A stretch of 64,000 bases of DNA. It comes from Balanoglossus misakiensis. Taxonomy: Eukaryota > Animalia > Hemichordata. How positions within the stretch are numbered: the stretch's first letter is position 1; each line of letters begins with the position of its first letter. The notes under the pieces are model-generated. The model was not told where the DNA came from. It saw only the letters and a program-made list of their open reading frames with translations, and did not search any database. The DNA is taken from contig CM082576.2 in the NCBI GenBank assembly GCA_040954595.2, positions 20,445,028 to 20,509,027 on the forward strand. The letters are read 5' to 3'. Position numbers and translations under genes: made by a program. Shown piece by piece: positions 50,658-64,000 of the stretch.

Positions 50658-52422
50658 GGTGATTTTTGAATGAGTAACAATTAGAAAGGGACAGCAGCTT
50701 AGCTCTATTCCTTTTCCAAAGTGTTTGTTCTTTTAAACTACCTGTTTTTTATTTATTCTGATTATGCTAATATGCTAATTTGTCGGTTTGTCACATCACA
50801 ATTTTTGTAGGAAACTCACCCCTGGGAATTTTTTTCAGCCACTGACATACATTCATAATCACATGACATTGATGATCATGGAAAATTTGACCCTTTTCCT
50901 TGTAGGACTCAACCAGTGTCCACCAAATCCGTGCCAGAATGGTGGCTTCTGTCAACCGGCTCGAAATTCCTGCTTTGATCTCACCTGCATATGTACTGGT
51001 TGCTACAAAGGTGATAGGTGTGAGATATGTAAGTATACAGCGCAGTCTCTTTTACCTTTTGTCTCTGATGCATTCAAATACTGCATGTTTCCTGAGCATA
51101 GGTGTAGCCATCACCACAGCAGAGCTTGGAGCGTTCTTGACATCGAATGCAAGATTACACTCTTCCCAATCAAAATCACTTTCGTAGCGCATAATGTCTT
51201 GATTGTCTTAGTTCAAGAAACATTATGCGCGACTGGCCAATTTTACAGCCTTTTGTCAACGCACATCCACTATGGAAATTCTCACTCCAGGCCAGATAGT
51301 GTAAATTTACATATGAGTCTACAGGTATGCTTGAAGTCAAGTCAAGCATTTGCAAGGAACCCTCCTCCAGTACACAGGTCTTTGATTTCATGAAGGGAAG
51401 CCCTTGCCTCACAGTCACTGCCACATGATCTATGGAGGTGTGAACAACTTGATACCAGCCTAATATAAGTTGTAGGCACAATCACTCCACACACCCTTGC
51501 CATAATTCTGCAAGGTTTTTGCCATATCTGTACTGTAGAATGAGTAGCAAGGAATAAAATGGCGTCCTTTCTTAATTTCCAGTGCAAAACCCCTGTGATC
51601 CCAACCCATGTATGAATGGTGGATTTTGCCAGCAAACATCGTGCAATTTCTATTCATGCCAGTGTGTGAACTCTTACACAGGTGACATCTGTCAAACCAT
51701 AGACCCTAGAGAAAGAAGGACGAGCAACTGCGGCAAAGATCAAAGGGTTTGGGGATTATCTGTATGATGATGTTCTTTTGCATATAATTAACACCCAGGA
51801 CAGTTGGACAATGACTTCCTTACTTCGGCACGTGTCGACCCCACCAGTGATGCGAAAACTTGCCACCAAACTGACACTCCTGCATTTCAGCAGCCACTGC
51901 GTTTTTTTCTAAAATTCTAAAAGTATTACGATGTCTGTGCTAATTATTATGGTCGTCTGTCGGATGAACGGTCATTTCTAGTGCCACAAGCTTCATTTAA
52001 AAATTGTAAACAAATCATCCATGCCAAATTCCTGTTTAACTTGTGCAGATGTGTTCCATAAATGATTGCTGCGTTCAACCACGTTGCAGTTTTCTCGTCT
52101 TCTGCGAGATGTTCTAAGGTGTTTGTGATAACTTCACGCAAAACGCGAGACTTTGCGTTAGTTTATACACAGTTTATTTGCAAATTGGATTATTGGGATT
52201 TACCTGGAAATAATGTATGCAAAAGAACATCATTTCAAGAAAAAACTGGAGTTGCGCGTCCTTCTTGCATGTCCGACTGGGCACTCATATTTCTTGGTAA
52301 CGCTGACACTTTTCGTAATAATTTTATGTTTGCGTGAAGCATTGAAACAAAAATTGTGGTTTAGGGGCATTTTATTTCGCAGTGCGTGAACAATAAAACA
52401 GATTTCACGAAAACAATTTATA

Positions 52423-55404
52423 AATTAAAGCTGCAAGCAGCGTTGGCGGGGCACAAGCGGTTCCCATGGTGACCAGCAAATGCCACGGCTGTATCTGCTG
52501 GGGATACCAAGATATGGAAAAGTAGGTCAAAGGTCACCTGAGGTCACCCCAAAATTTGGCAAACAAATTGGACCCCATACTAGTCTAGATCCAACAAAAA
52601 CCAGACCCCTAGCCCTATTGGTTCGCCTAGAATTAGGTATGTGCATAATTAATGAGGTACTGTGTAAGACTCTATTATGTGCTCAATCCCCATAAAAACC
52701 AGGGCTCTACCTGCTGTGGATGCTGGGATATGGGAAAGTAGATCAAAGGTCATCCAAGGTCAACAAAAATTTGGGCATAAAATTTTGACCCCAGAGTGGA
52801 CCATGTCCAACTAAAACCAGACCTCTAGCCCTATTGGTTAGCCTGGAATTAGATATGCAGAAAAATGATGTTTCAGAAATAGGTCAAGGGTCATTGCCAA
52901 AATTACCAAAATATTTGTGTCATGTCCTGGCAGCATTGGTACCCATGTCCACAAAATTCATGACTGCGGTGCTTTGACAAGAGGAGGTATGGGGAATATG
53001 CATATATAATTAGTTGTTATAAAACTGGGTCAAAGGTCATGTGAAAATTACCCCGAAAAATTGTGACAACTTCCGGTCATATGATGACTCATATCCAAAA
53101 AAAGAATTTCCATGCTGTCAACATTTTGGCTACAAAACGGAATTTTCACTTTTAAATGGTTTTCCGGAAATCCAACATGGCCGCCATAATGATCGACCAA
53201 TCACAATGCACTTCGCAAACTTGATAGGCATAGGTTAGGTGACCACATATCCCAAATCCTGTGACTCGGTAACCGCTGGTTCTGGAGAAGAAGATTTTTA
53301 AAGTTTTAAGCCGTTTTTCAGAAAAACAATTGTAGCAAAAAAACTTTATGTATGACGTCATGATTTTAATGGGGTAAAATGATGGACATAAGGTAGGCTA
53401 CCTGCACACCAAATTTGAACTCGATCGGCCCTGTAGATTTTGAGAAGGAGTAATTTAACGGTTTTCAGAAAATCCAATATGGCCGCCAGGTCACGTGACT
53501 AATTAAATATTCACGGGCCACTGCACGTCTACTCATTGGCCCCTATCACCCTACCAAGTTTCAGCCCCCTAGGTGCTGTGGTTTTCCAGATCTACCTGGC
53601 CGAATTTTGGGGAAGAAGAAGAAGAAGAATTAAAGCTGCAAGCAGCATTGTCCGGGCCCAAGCTCTATTATCTGATCTGATTATTAGATATGCACATAAT
53701 TAATGAGTAGAAACATAATGCTGTGTTTTATCCCATGAAATATCAAGGTTATATCTATGTTTGGTGTTGATATAGTGTTAAGTAGGTCAAAGGTCATCTG
53801 AGGTCACCCAAAATTTGGGCAGAATATTTTGACCCATAGTGGTCCATGTCCAACAAAAACCAGACCTCTAGCCCTTTTGGTTAGCCCGTAATTAGGTATG
53901 CACATAAATAATGCGTAAAGCAGGTGTCACAGGTGACCCAAAACTTTGGCTTTTCATTATGGCCCCATACCTCCAAATGCCAAGACTGTACCTGCTTTGG
54001 ATGCCGATATATGCAAAAGTAGGTCAAAGGTCATCTGAGTTCATCCAAAATTTGGGCAGAAAATTTTGACCCATAGTGGTCCATGTCCAACAAAAACCAG
54101 ACATCTAGCCCTTTTGGTTAGCCCGGAATTAGGTATGCACATAAATAATGAGTAAAGCAGGTGTCACAGGTGACCCAAAACTTTGGCTTTTCATTATGGC
54201 CCCATACCTCCAAACGCCAAGGCTGTATCTGGTGTGGATGTCGAGATATGCAAAAGTAGGTCAAAGGTCACCCGAGGTCACCCAACATTTGGGCAAAATA
54301 TTTTGACCCCATACTGGTCCATGTATAACAAAAACAAAACCTCTAAGGTCTATTGGTTGATCATTAATTAGGTATGCGCATATTTAATGAGGTCACCAGA
54401 GGTCAAAGGGGTCATGAAAAGTAGCAAAATTTTTTGATCACATACAAATCCACATACATCAAAAACCAAACTTATAGCCCTATTGGGTAGCCTGGAATTA
54501 GATATGCAGAAAAATGATGCGTCAAAAGTAGGTCAAAGGTCATTGCCAAAATAACCAAAATATTTATAGCTTATTCTTGGCATATGATGATTCATATCCA
54601 TAAAAAGAATTTCTGTGCTATCAATTTTTAGGCTAGAAAGGGAATTTTTACTTTTTAATTGTTTTTCACAAAATCCAATATGGCCGCCATAATCTTCGAC
54701 CAATTACATTCCTCTTCGCAAATTTGATAGACATCTGTTTAATGACCACACACACCAAATCTTGTGACTCAGTTATCGCCGGTTCTTGAGAAGAAGATTT
54801 TTGAAATTTTACTAGGGTTTTACGAAAATCCAATATGGCCGCCATAATCTTCGACCAATCACAATGATCTTCGCAAACTTGATAGACATCAGTTAGGTGA
54901 CCACATACCCAAAACCCCGTGTCTTGGTTTTCACTGGTTCTGGAGAAGAAGATTTTTAAAATTTAAGCCAGATTTCAGAAAAAAAATTGTAGCAAAAAAC
55001 TGCAACTTTGTCAGCATAATTTCTAATTACAAAAATGATGGGCAGAAGGTAGTCTACCAGCTTGCCAAATTTGAAGTCGATCTGACTTGTAGTTTCTGAG
55101 ATCTGAGATTTGCATTTTTTCAGAAAATCCAAGATGGCCGCCAGGTCACGTGACTAATTAAAAATTCAAGGGTTCAATGCACGACTACTCATTGACCTTG
55201 ACCACTGTAGCAAGTTTCAGAAGTGTACCTGCAGCGGTGTCTGAGATCTCGTGGGTCAAAGAATTGACACAAGAATAAAGAAAGAAAGAAAGTAAAATTC
55301 CAACGAAACCAATACGGGCCCAAGCCTGGCTTGGCTTGGGCCCGTAATAAAGAAAAATTCCAACAATACCAATAGGGGCACAAGCCCGATAGGCTTGTGC
55401 CCCT
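52423..55404 (-). mobile_element. Helentron/Helitron2-type non-autonomous element (outer; 1264 bp of its own sequence)
   Basis: Empty site tttata|aacaaac in sister copies: no TSD, insertion within a minus-strand T run (+/-2 nt ambiguity). 5' hairpin taggggcacaagcc-N5-ggcttgtgccccta (55373-55405), matching subTIR ggggcacaagc (52448-52458), 3' mini-hairpin gctgc-aa-gcagc (52430-52441). Confidence 0.82.
53628..55345 (-). mobile_element. Second related Helentron-type element nested in the first (1718 bp)
   Basis: Own 3' end aattaaagctgcaagcagc..cgggcccaagc (53628-53663) and own 5' hairpin tacgggcccaagcc-N6-ggcttgggcccgta (55313-55346); internal 237-bp tandem repeats (53784, 54021, 54258). Confidence 0.82.
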
Positions 55405-58400
55405 AACAAACTGGCTGGATTTTCATGTGTGCGCTATTGCCGCCAGGCAACCCTCGGTACGGTTAGCTCACAGCCTTGTGAAATACCCGGACTGTTAGAC
55501 AAAAGATGCTTGTTTTGGACGCTGTCAGACTCAGAGGTGCCAAATTCCTGTTTAACTTGTGCAGATGTGTTCCATAAATGATTGCTGCGTTCAACCACGT
55601 TGCAGTTTTCTCGTCTTCTGCGAGATGTTCTAAGGTGTTTGTGATAACTTCACGCAAAACGCGAGACTTTGCGTTAGTTTATACACAGTTTATTTGCAAA
55701 TTGGATTATTGGGATTTACCTGGAAATAATGTATGCAAAAGAACATCATTTCAAGAAAAAACTGGAGTTGCGCGTCCTTCTTTCTCTAGGGTCCATGGTC
55801 AAACAAGTGAGTATATACTTTCAAGACACCCTGCAAACAAACAAGCAATCTTTATTCCGTAGATCTTTAAGCATATTTATGCATTGTATATTTTGATGTG
55901 AAACTTCAAATTTTATTGGTCTTGTTGCCAAACTTCTGAAGAAATGAGGATATTGTTTTGAAGGGTATTTTATCAGTAGATAACAAATACCATGGCCCTC
56001 CATGCAAATACCCACATGGTAAATTAAAACTGTTACAGGTGTATTTGATTTAAGCAATAAAACACCCCCAGCCATGGTATACCACGAGATTTTGACCAGT
56101 TCACGACATATACGCACGAGCGATAGCGAGTGCGTATATGGAGTTGAACTGGTCAAAATCGAGTGGTATACCATGGCTGGGGTTGTTTTATTGCTATTAT
56201 ATTATGCCAGTATATTGAAACTTTGCATAAAACATTTTAAAAAGGCATTTTCTTTGACTATGATATATGACTGTGGTATATGGCTAATATATCCTGGTCA
56301 CGTGTCGTGTCTCGACCAATCAAATAGCGTGATTTACACCTTCAATATACTGGTATAATATAATTCCACATATGGATTACATGTGGGATAATATTGGGTG
56401 CTGGCAGTTTCAGTAAATGAACTGCTCTTAAAAGTTGGGTGTCAGGGCACCCTTGACTTCTTATTGTTCAGTTATACATTTAGGAGGCTCAGTTATAGGA
56501 GAACCCGATAGAACCACAGCTGTAGGAATTAGGGAAATGGTCATACCCTAAAAAACTTATGTCACTACTATTTTTTTTTCATGCCATTGAAACAGAACAA
56601 ACTCCATGTAGGCCAAGTCCATGCCTGAACAATGGGCGGTGTACTCAGCTGTCTTGTACAACTTATGAGTGTACTTGTCCAGGATGTTTCACCGGCACAC
56701 ACTGCAGCCAGTGTAAAACTCATTAAAACAAACATTTGTCATGCAGGAACTAACATTTACAATCATGTCTCAATACATTGTCTGTTGGTCATACTTTATA
56801 TTTTCATCTTCAGCATCACACCTTGGTCCTTGGGAATCGGTCACCTCAAAAATGATGTACAGCTGAAAGAAAACATGTTTATTTGAAGAAAAAACTGTTG
56901 ATCGTTCATGAAAATTTTCCCTACACAAGATACATATACAGAGATTTTCATAGCCCCATAAGTGCGTCCCAGAATGAGCAAGTTGTTTTTGGAAGTGAAG
57001 TTCCGTTCAGTATTTACAGTAATGGTAATGATGATGTTTTCATCAAACAGATTTTGAAAGTAAATATTGCTGAGATAACATTAGGTTGCACTTTTTATTG
57101 CAGTCCAAGATCCAGGCCAGCGAAACAGCTGTCTCAACGGGGCTGTATGTAATGCAGTGGCCAACTCCTGCACGGCATATACCTGTGCCTGTACTGGTTG
57201 CTATGAGGGTAACCGTTGTGAAATATGTAAGTTTCTGACGTACCGTAAATGACAATCTTTTGGGCACTTTCTCTTCATGGCAATTGAATTGTGTGGTAAC
57301 TTCTCATTTCTAAAATTTCCCCAAGAGAAAAGAAAGGAAAAGGAAACAGAAATTTCATTTGTATGTCCGTGCAATTTAGGATAGGCACGAACTTGTGAGG
57401 AAGTGTACGAAGTTGGATGTTTTCATCACTCAAATATACAAGAGTTGCCTCTTGAAGACTAGTGTCTGTAGAGATAATTGTGCATGTGAGGTAATCTCTC
57501 CTAAGGTGGTGCACACCTCTTAGTATTAAGTAAAAGAGACGTCCTTAATTATCCTTACTATTTGGCTTGAAAAATCAATCTTACTAGGTGTTCTGATTAG
57601 AGAGGTGTCCATAAAGTCAGGTTTTACTGTATTACCCAAAATAGAGACATTGTCCCTTCATCATATACTTAATGCGTGTTCTGGGTATGGTTCCAGTATA
57701 ATGCTTGTGTCAAAGGATTTTGTTGTGGTGCAGGAATCATCTTTGGTTGAGGTGTAGCCATCTGCATTTCATGTGTTTTAAACTATTTTTTTTTCTGATT
57801 GTCATTAACCCATGTGATCAGAATCCGTGTCAAAATGGAGGCTATTGTTCCAAAACACCAAATTCTTATACTGACTACACCTGTTACTGCCAGTAGTGTT
57901 GGACTGGGGCCATCTGTGCCGTAGGTGTGTCGAATTACTGTTTTATGACACAGCGTGGTATATAAACCCTCATTTTTGGTATTCTCAATGTGATAGATGG
58001 ACCCATACACCAATAAATGGGGTGGAAGCATTACTAAGTTTCATCCTTTCAAAATTTGCTGATGTAGGGTCAAAATTGAGTGTGAGGTGCATGTTAAAAA
58101 GGAAAGCCTTCTGTATCATGTTGATGGCACATTTTTTTAATTTTTCAAGATTCTTACAGAAAAATCCTAGCAATAGCATCATTATGTTATTTTAAATGTA
58201 AAGGTTTGAAACAAGGAATGAAGACATTGCTCACATATTTAAACGAAATGAACATCACAAGTACATGTACAAGTTTTTGACAAGCAGGTAATTGATACTT
58301 TCATTTTTGTTTTGGCAGCCATTGATCAGTTATACCCTATGCCTTGTCAAAATGGTGGCACATGCGTTGCGTGAGACGGCTGTTTCCTGTTTGACTGTAT

Positions 58401-61400
58401 GTGTACCGAATGCTTCACTGGTGCCACATGTACAATGCGTAAGTACTAACCAATATTATTTTATTCAATGCAAAACACTTGTTATATATTATATAATATA
58501 AGTACGGTACACATATTAAAGCCCTGGTAACTCAAACTTTGGGCTAGCTTAATGTTATCACTATTTTTGTTTTCGGTTGCAACTGTGGTTTCTTGTCACA
58601 CTCTAAAGGATTTCACAGCATTTGGTTTTTCAAAACAGCCCTTTGGTTGTTGTCATGTATACATGTACATGACTGTGGAGTGTAGTTTGTAGATTCTGTA
58701 ATTTTGACAATATCTTGACTGCACATCCCACAGCTGTCAACCAGTGTCAACCCATCCAGTGTCGGAATGGTGGAAACTGTGTGCTGACGCCCAATTGGTG
58801 TACTGAATTCACATGCTCCTGTACAAGCTGTTACTCCGGCGATTTATGTCAGACATGTGAGTGATTTTAAATTTCAGATGAAGAGGAACATAATAACATA
58901 ACACATAATCGGCTTGCAGTTGGTTTCTTCCAACCTGTATCAAACAGTGAATAACGACACAATTTTGGGGAAATTTATTAAGAATGTGTGTGCCATAAAA
59001 GGGGATTGTGTATTTGACCAAATAACAACCTGCACCGTATGGTACACTAAGACACTATTACACCTGTGTCAAAATTTCATTACGTTTCTTTTGTTGAACA
59101 TGGAAGAAATTTGTCACAGTGATGTTCTGTTGACCAACTGAGATTTTTACCACTCAACCCTGACTGCACAAATCTGTTTAAAGTATATGTAGTAAATATT
59201 AACTGTACACAATTTATATCACTTTCTCTTCTGTGCACAGATTTGAATCCGTGTCAGCCCAACCCTTGTCTAAACAGTGGATTCTGCCAGCAAGTGTCCT
59301 GCACCGAGTTCAGATGCCAGAGTCCACGCTGTTTCATCGGAACCACGTGCGCTGAACGTAAGCAAACCAGTGTCAGATTTCCCGCACAAAGTAGAAATCG
59401 CTGGGCTTTGTCATTGATATTGTCTCAATAAAGTTGCCTGTGATTGTGCAGCTAACCAAGAGACTTATATGCACTACGGTAGCCATGATGAATACTTTCA
59501 TTGACTCAAATGCTCATCAGTGTAGATGTTGCTATTTTTCCAACCGTAAATTGAAACATCAGAAAGTTATGACATCAACTACCCCCACCCCCACCCCACC
59601 CACCCCCAACTAGTAAATATTATAAGATTCAGTAATTATGATAAAGATGGTAGCACCAAGCTTGGATCAAGTGGTCTTCATTATCCTTCACACATGAACA
59701 TGATCACACGGATGTGCAATCTTCTGACAGTCTGCTACAGATTTCACTTCCCACTCAAGTGTGTAAGACCCTAATGTGATACTTTTCATTTCTCTCACCC
59801 TTAGCGATCAACCAGTGTCTTCTAAACCCATGTCTGAATAACGGAGTGTATCAGCCACTTCAAGGCTCCTGCTCAATCTACACCTGCAACTGTCCAACCT
59901 GCTACACTGGGCAAACATGTGTTACATGTAAGTCACAAGTTTTTAGGTCCCATTGGTATGTACCATGGGAACTTATGGGATTGGTTACGTCTGTATGTAT
60001 GGATGGATGGATGGATGTATGTCTGTATGTCCGTCCACATAAAAAAACTTGAAAACCGCAGCGCGTTTGACCTCGATATTTGGCGTGTAGATGCAGGCAG
60101 GGCTGTAGATGGGAGTTTGTTCAAATGAAGATGTCATTGCCAAAAATATGCAAATTAGCTGGGAAAATGTGAAATTGGTCAAAACTCAAAAACTGGACAA
60201 CCACTGGTCATATTGATTTGAAAAATGGTATGCATGTACCTTATATCAACCTCATACAACCCTGTATGTTTTGAGCTAATATTATCGATTTCCTATTTTT
60301 TTTGCATTTTTTTGTATTTTTCCATGTTATTGGTAAAAGTCTTTGAAATTTAGTATGAAGCCTCCTAATGTTGTCTAAGTAACCATAGTTTTGTTCAAAT
60401 TGTTGCAAAATTTGCATATCTATAATTTTGAGCATTATTTGCCATTTTTGGTCAAAAAATGTTTTTCTTTAAAACCTCATGCCAGATTGCTTTGCAATTT
60501 GGTAGGCATGTTCGTAGGGGTAACCTAAATAATATGTTGTAAAAAATGTGATATTTGCATAAATGTGTTATCGGGGAAACTTTTGCAATTTTTGTCAAAA
60601 ATTGTTTTCACTGAAACCACTTGTCCTATTGCATTGAACTTAGGCAGCATGTTCCTTGTAGTGATTGAAGTAAGATATTGTACAATTTTGGTGATATTTT
60701 CATATTTGTGTTTTTGCCACTTTTGAACAAATATTTTCTGTGAAACTGCTTGTTGGATTGCTTTGAAATTAGTTTTTTCTCTGATTGCTTTGAAATTTAG
60801 GATATAATTTCATAACACATACCTGTATATGTGCAACTTTTATTCAATTCTGAGATCAGAAAGATTAAATATTTAGCGAGTTTTTTTGGTAAGTTTCTTT
60901 GTTTTTGGTTAGCAAATCTTCTCCTAAACAAATTGTCCAGTTGTTTTTAAAGTTACTATTTACAAGGAGTTGTTACCTCGAACAAAGACATGTTTACATA
61001 ACTTAAATAGGCCAGCTGTTACAGAGACCACCAGCTATCACATTTTAATTACCAGTGGCAGGTCAGTGTGTGTCTGTTCCAGGGCTGACTGAAAGAAGTT
61101 GCTTCGCATATGTGTTTGTGTACAGACAATTTTTGGTCAATTTCTTTTTCTAGCACCACTTGTAAGACTGCCATGACACATGACAGTTTATTGGGCATGT
61201 TCCTTGTTAATGTTTTTACATTGCATATTTCTATATGGTCAGATCATAAGTGCTTGCAAATGTCACCTGTAATTTTTATTCTGCTGTGTCACTGTTTCCG
61301 CATAATCCTCAAATGTCATCAGATCTCCGAATGTGATGAAAACAGTGTGTTTTGAGTGGGTTTTTTTAATGACCTTTTGGGTTAAAAGTGGCAAAAATGG

Positions 61401-64000
61401 CAATTTTGTCTTCAAAGGGGTCAATAAGACTGACTTTTTTGGAATCAGCACCATTTTTTACATTGAATGGACTAGTCTGCTCAAACTTTCCTTACCAAAA
61501 ATTCTGTTTAATCTTCTGTAACATGTATACTAGTGTACATGTAGCTGCCTGATAGTTTGCCCTGTGTGTGTAATTGCTGAGTGACATAACGCATTCTGTG
61601 ATTGATGCAGTCACGTAACCACCAATCGAACGATTGTTATAAGGAGAACTGCACGACCTTTAACCGCATTAGCATACCTGATTTTTAGGGCTCGATATTA
61701 CCTCTGAGGACGCAATATTTAAGTTGAAGTTTTTTTATTTTATCATATTAGAGCAAGAAGACTTGTCTTTTATGTAAAAGAAGTAGACCCTAATATACAG
61801 AGTGCATTTTGAAACGATAGGCAGTTCCGGCCCATAGCCTAATTCTTCATTTTTCTGTCATGCGTAGGAATTGATTAGTGCTAACAACCCATGTCAAAAT
61901 GGCAGCACTTGCCAACCCTAACCTCGTGTGTGGCATTGACGTGCACCTGCCAAGGATGCTTTACTGGGAGCGCTGTGAAAATTGTCAGTCAGTTTCTTTT
62001 GTCAAATTAATCAATATGTGTGGGACTGCTATACATGTATATAAAACAGAATACTGCGATGGAAAATTCTATAACTTAATGTTTCAGTGGATATATGACT
62101 TAAAGTTAGCAGTATGCAGTGAATTCAACAGAAAGTGTAATTTCCTCTTGTGTGAGCTCTGTGCGACTGTGCCAATGAAAATCTCACCACAAACAAAAAT
62201 GACAGGTATACACTGTATATTAGCAGCTTTGTCTCTGTAATAGCCATAGTGTTTTGAAGTTGAAAACTTGCAAAGTGTGCAGTTTTATTCACACTACAAA
62301 GGAAACATTGTTGAAACGGATTATCTGTGTACATTGTCAAACTGTACACTTGTCGCGAGATTTATTCTCAATTATATTACTAGTATATCATGCTACCGTC
62401 TGCAACTCTGATTGGACGAGAGCTAAATCCAGCGATGCTAAAATACTCAATAATGCACTGCTGGCAGTGGTAAAACGGGCTTTCTGTTTGCCACATGGGT
62501 TTGTTCTTTAGGTTGTTGTATGTGTTTACACCCATCATGTTTATTGTAGAACCAGGGTCGATCAGTGAGGCAACTGCTGTTTGTTCTATCTGCACTGTTA
62601 CTCGAGGCCTCCTGCCATTTGATTGTTGTACAGTGAAGCAGTATTCATCTCCCGAGCTGTCTTCCACTTTATGCACAGCTTTGACAGTTTTATCCTTGTC
62701 TACCCTATTTGCCTTGCCTTTTGAATGGTAGCATTTGGCTAAATGGTTAGGTTTGCCACACTTCCTGCATGACTTGCCTTTAGCTGGACATACTGAGTCA
62801 TGTGGTACCATTATTAAAATTGGGGCCAGTCATCAAAACGTAAGTGAGCCAAAAAACTACAGGTCAGATAAATTGTTTTCTCGTAAATTCAACATTAGAA
62901 TCAAATTTGGCGTTGGAAACAAACGGCGGGTCGCCAGTTCCTGGTCTGGAGGCTGGTAGAGTCACGTCTTGAAGACTGGCCCCTATTTTAATAATGGCAT
63001 TGTCATGACCGGCCAACCTTTGACCTCGGAGACCACAATGTAGAGCTATCGATCAGCTTTTCGCGTTTCAATCAAACATTGCAATCACGGGCTAAAATCA
63101 CTAACTAGTTGATACCTTTTTCGGTGTTTCATCTAACCTTTGAAAGGAGTATAATAAAAATGAAATGACCGCACGTAATGTGCATTTCTTGTTCACGTGT
63201 GGGGACTATATGTGTGCGTAATGATCCAAATGCAAGGGGTCGTGTGAACAGGCCTTAAATAATGAGTTTGCGTTAAATAATGAGTTTGCGTTAAATAATA
63301 AGTTGACAAACGGCGCGAGTGCATTTTTTCATGGTTTAGAAATCACTTATTTATATATAATTCATTATATAATGTAAATCACTCATGATATATATATAAT
63401 AGACTTGCACTTAAATTATTTATAAATCACTCATGATATATATATAATACACTTAATTTTTTTTTATTTATAAATAATTAATTATATATAAATAATTATG
63501 TACATCACTCATGATATATATATAATAGACTGACACTGACATTGTTTATAAATAATTTATTATATATAAATAAAAGAGCATAAAATACATTTTATGTATA
63601 TAATTGAATCGACTTGAAATTATTTATAAATAAATTGTCAGGACTTAAATGGTTTGCAAATCTATAATTACATACATATAAGTATGTTAAATAACGACTT
63701 TTGAACAAATAATTTAGCTAAATAATAAGTTAACACATGGCACCCCATACAAACATTACGTCCAGTCCAAATATTCTGCCAATTTTACATCCAATGCATT
63801 CAAATAGTGGACTGCTTCGCTTTCATCAAGTTTTCATGTGCATCGTATAAGTAGACTTTTGTTTTGTCCCGTCTTTTCACCGAATTTGCTCTTTTCCAAA
63901 TCTCCGACACAGACTATGATCGTCACATTCTTGTCTGTTGTTAGAACAGCACACTGCCATATGGCATTGACTGTATACAGTTTCTGTTACCAATATCTCT

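Larger units (their letters stand above)
51698..55797. mobile_element. P-like element, copy D, interrupted by the 2982-bp insertion
   Basis: Same TIRs and TSD; insertion inside the 534-bp subrepeat. Confidence 0.8.
49638..61983 (+). pseudogene. 12-EGF pseudo-exon cluster, copies C/D
   Basis: Colinear, same stops. Confidence 0.87.
50532..64000. repeat. Tandem unit copy D (partial; contains 2982-bp nested insertion)
   Basis: Colinear with copy C; offset jumps from 14905 to 17887 across 52423-55404. Confidence 0.97.

Noticed and set aside
1-64000. Array as a pure assembly artefact
   Set aside because: Copies have private SNPs, indels and distinct TE insertions with proper junctions. Exact copy number still needs read support.

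Overview
Eukaryotic, intron-containing, AT-rich DNA. The repeat and exon content suggests a marine invertebrate (inference). The whole window is a head-to-tail tandem array of a ~14.9-kb unit: copies at 1-15078, 15079-35626, 35627-50531 and a partial copy at 50532-64000 (boundaries phased arbitrarily to the window start). Each unit carries a decayed + strand gene fragment of 12 phase-1 EGF-like exons with an unusual 8-Cys pattern and 5 Cys-rich 'CPAGxYC'-type exons, plus old TE relics (L2-like LINE 3' end, Gypsy gag-PR fragment, P-like MITE splitting an exon, other MITEs, a long palindrome). Stops and frameshifts are shared by the copies, so the unit was amplified after pseudogenisation. Two young copy-specific insertions are delimited exactly by empty sites in sister copies. 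(1) An intact 5682-bp LTR retrotransposon (23129-28810, minus strand) with identical 220-bp LTRs, non-canonical CG...CG ends, a 3-bp TSD, tRNA-Leu PBS, LADD RT motif and D,D(35)D integrase (Troyka-like). (2) A 2982-bp TSD-less insertion (52423-55404) made of two nested Helentron-type non-autonomous elements, each with its own self-matching terminal repeats.
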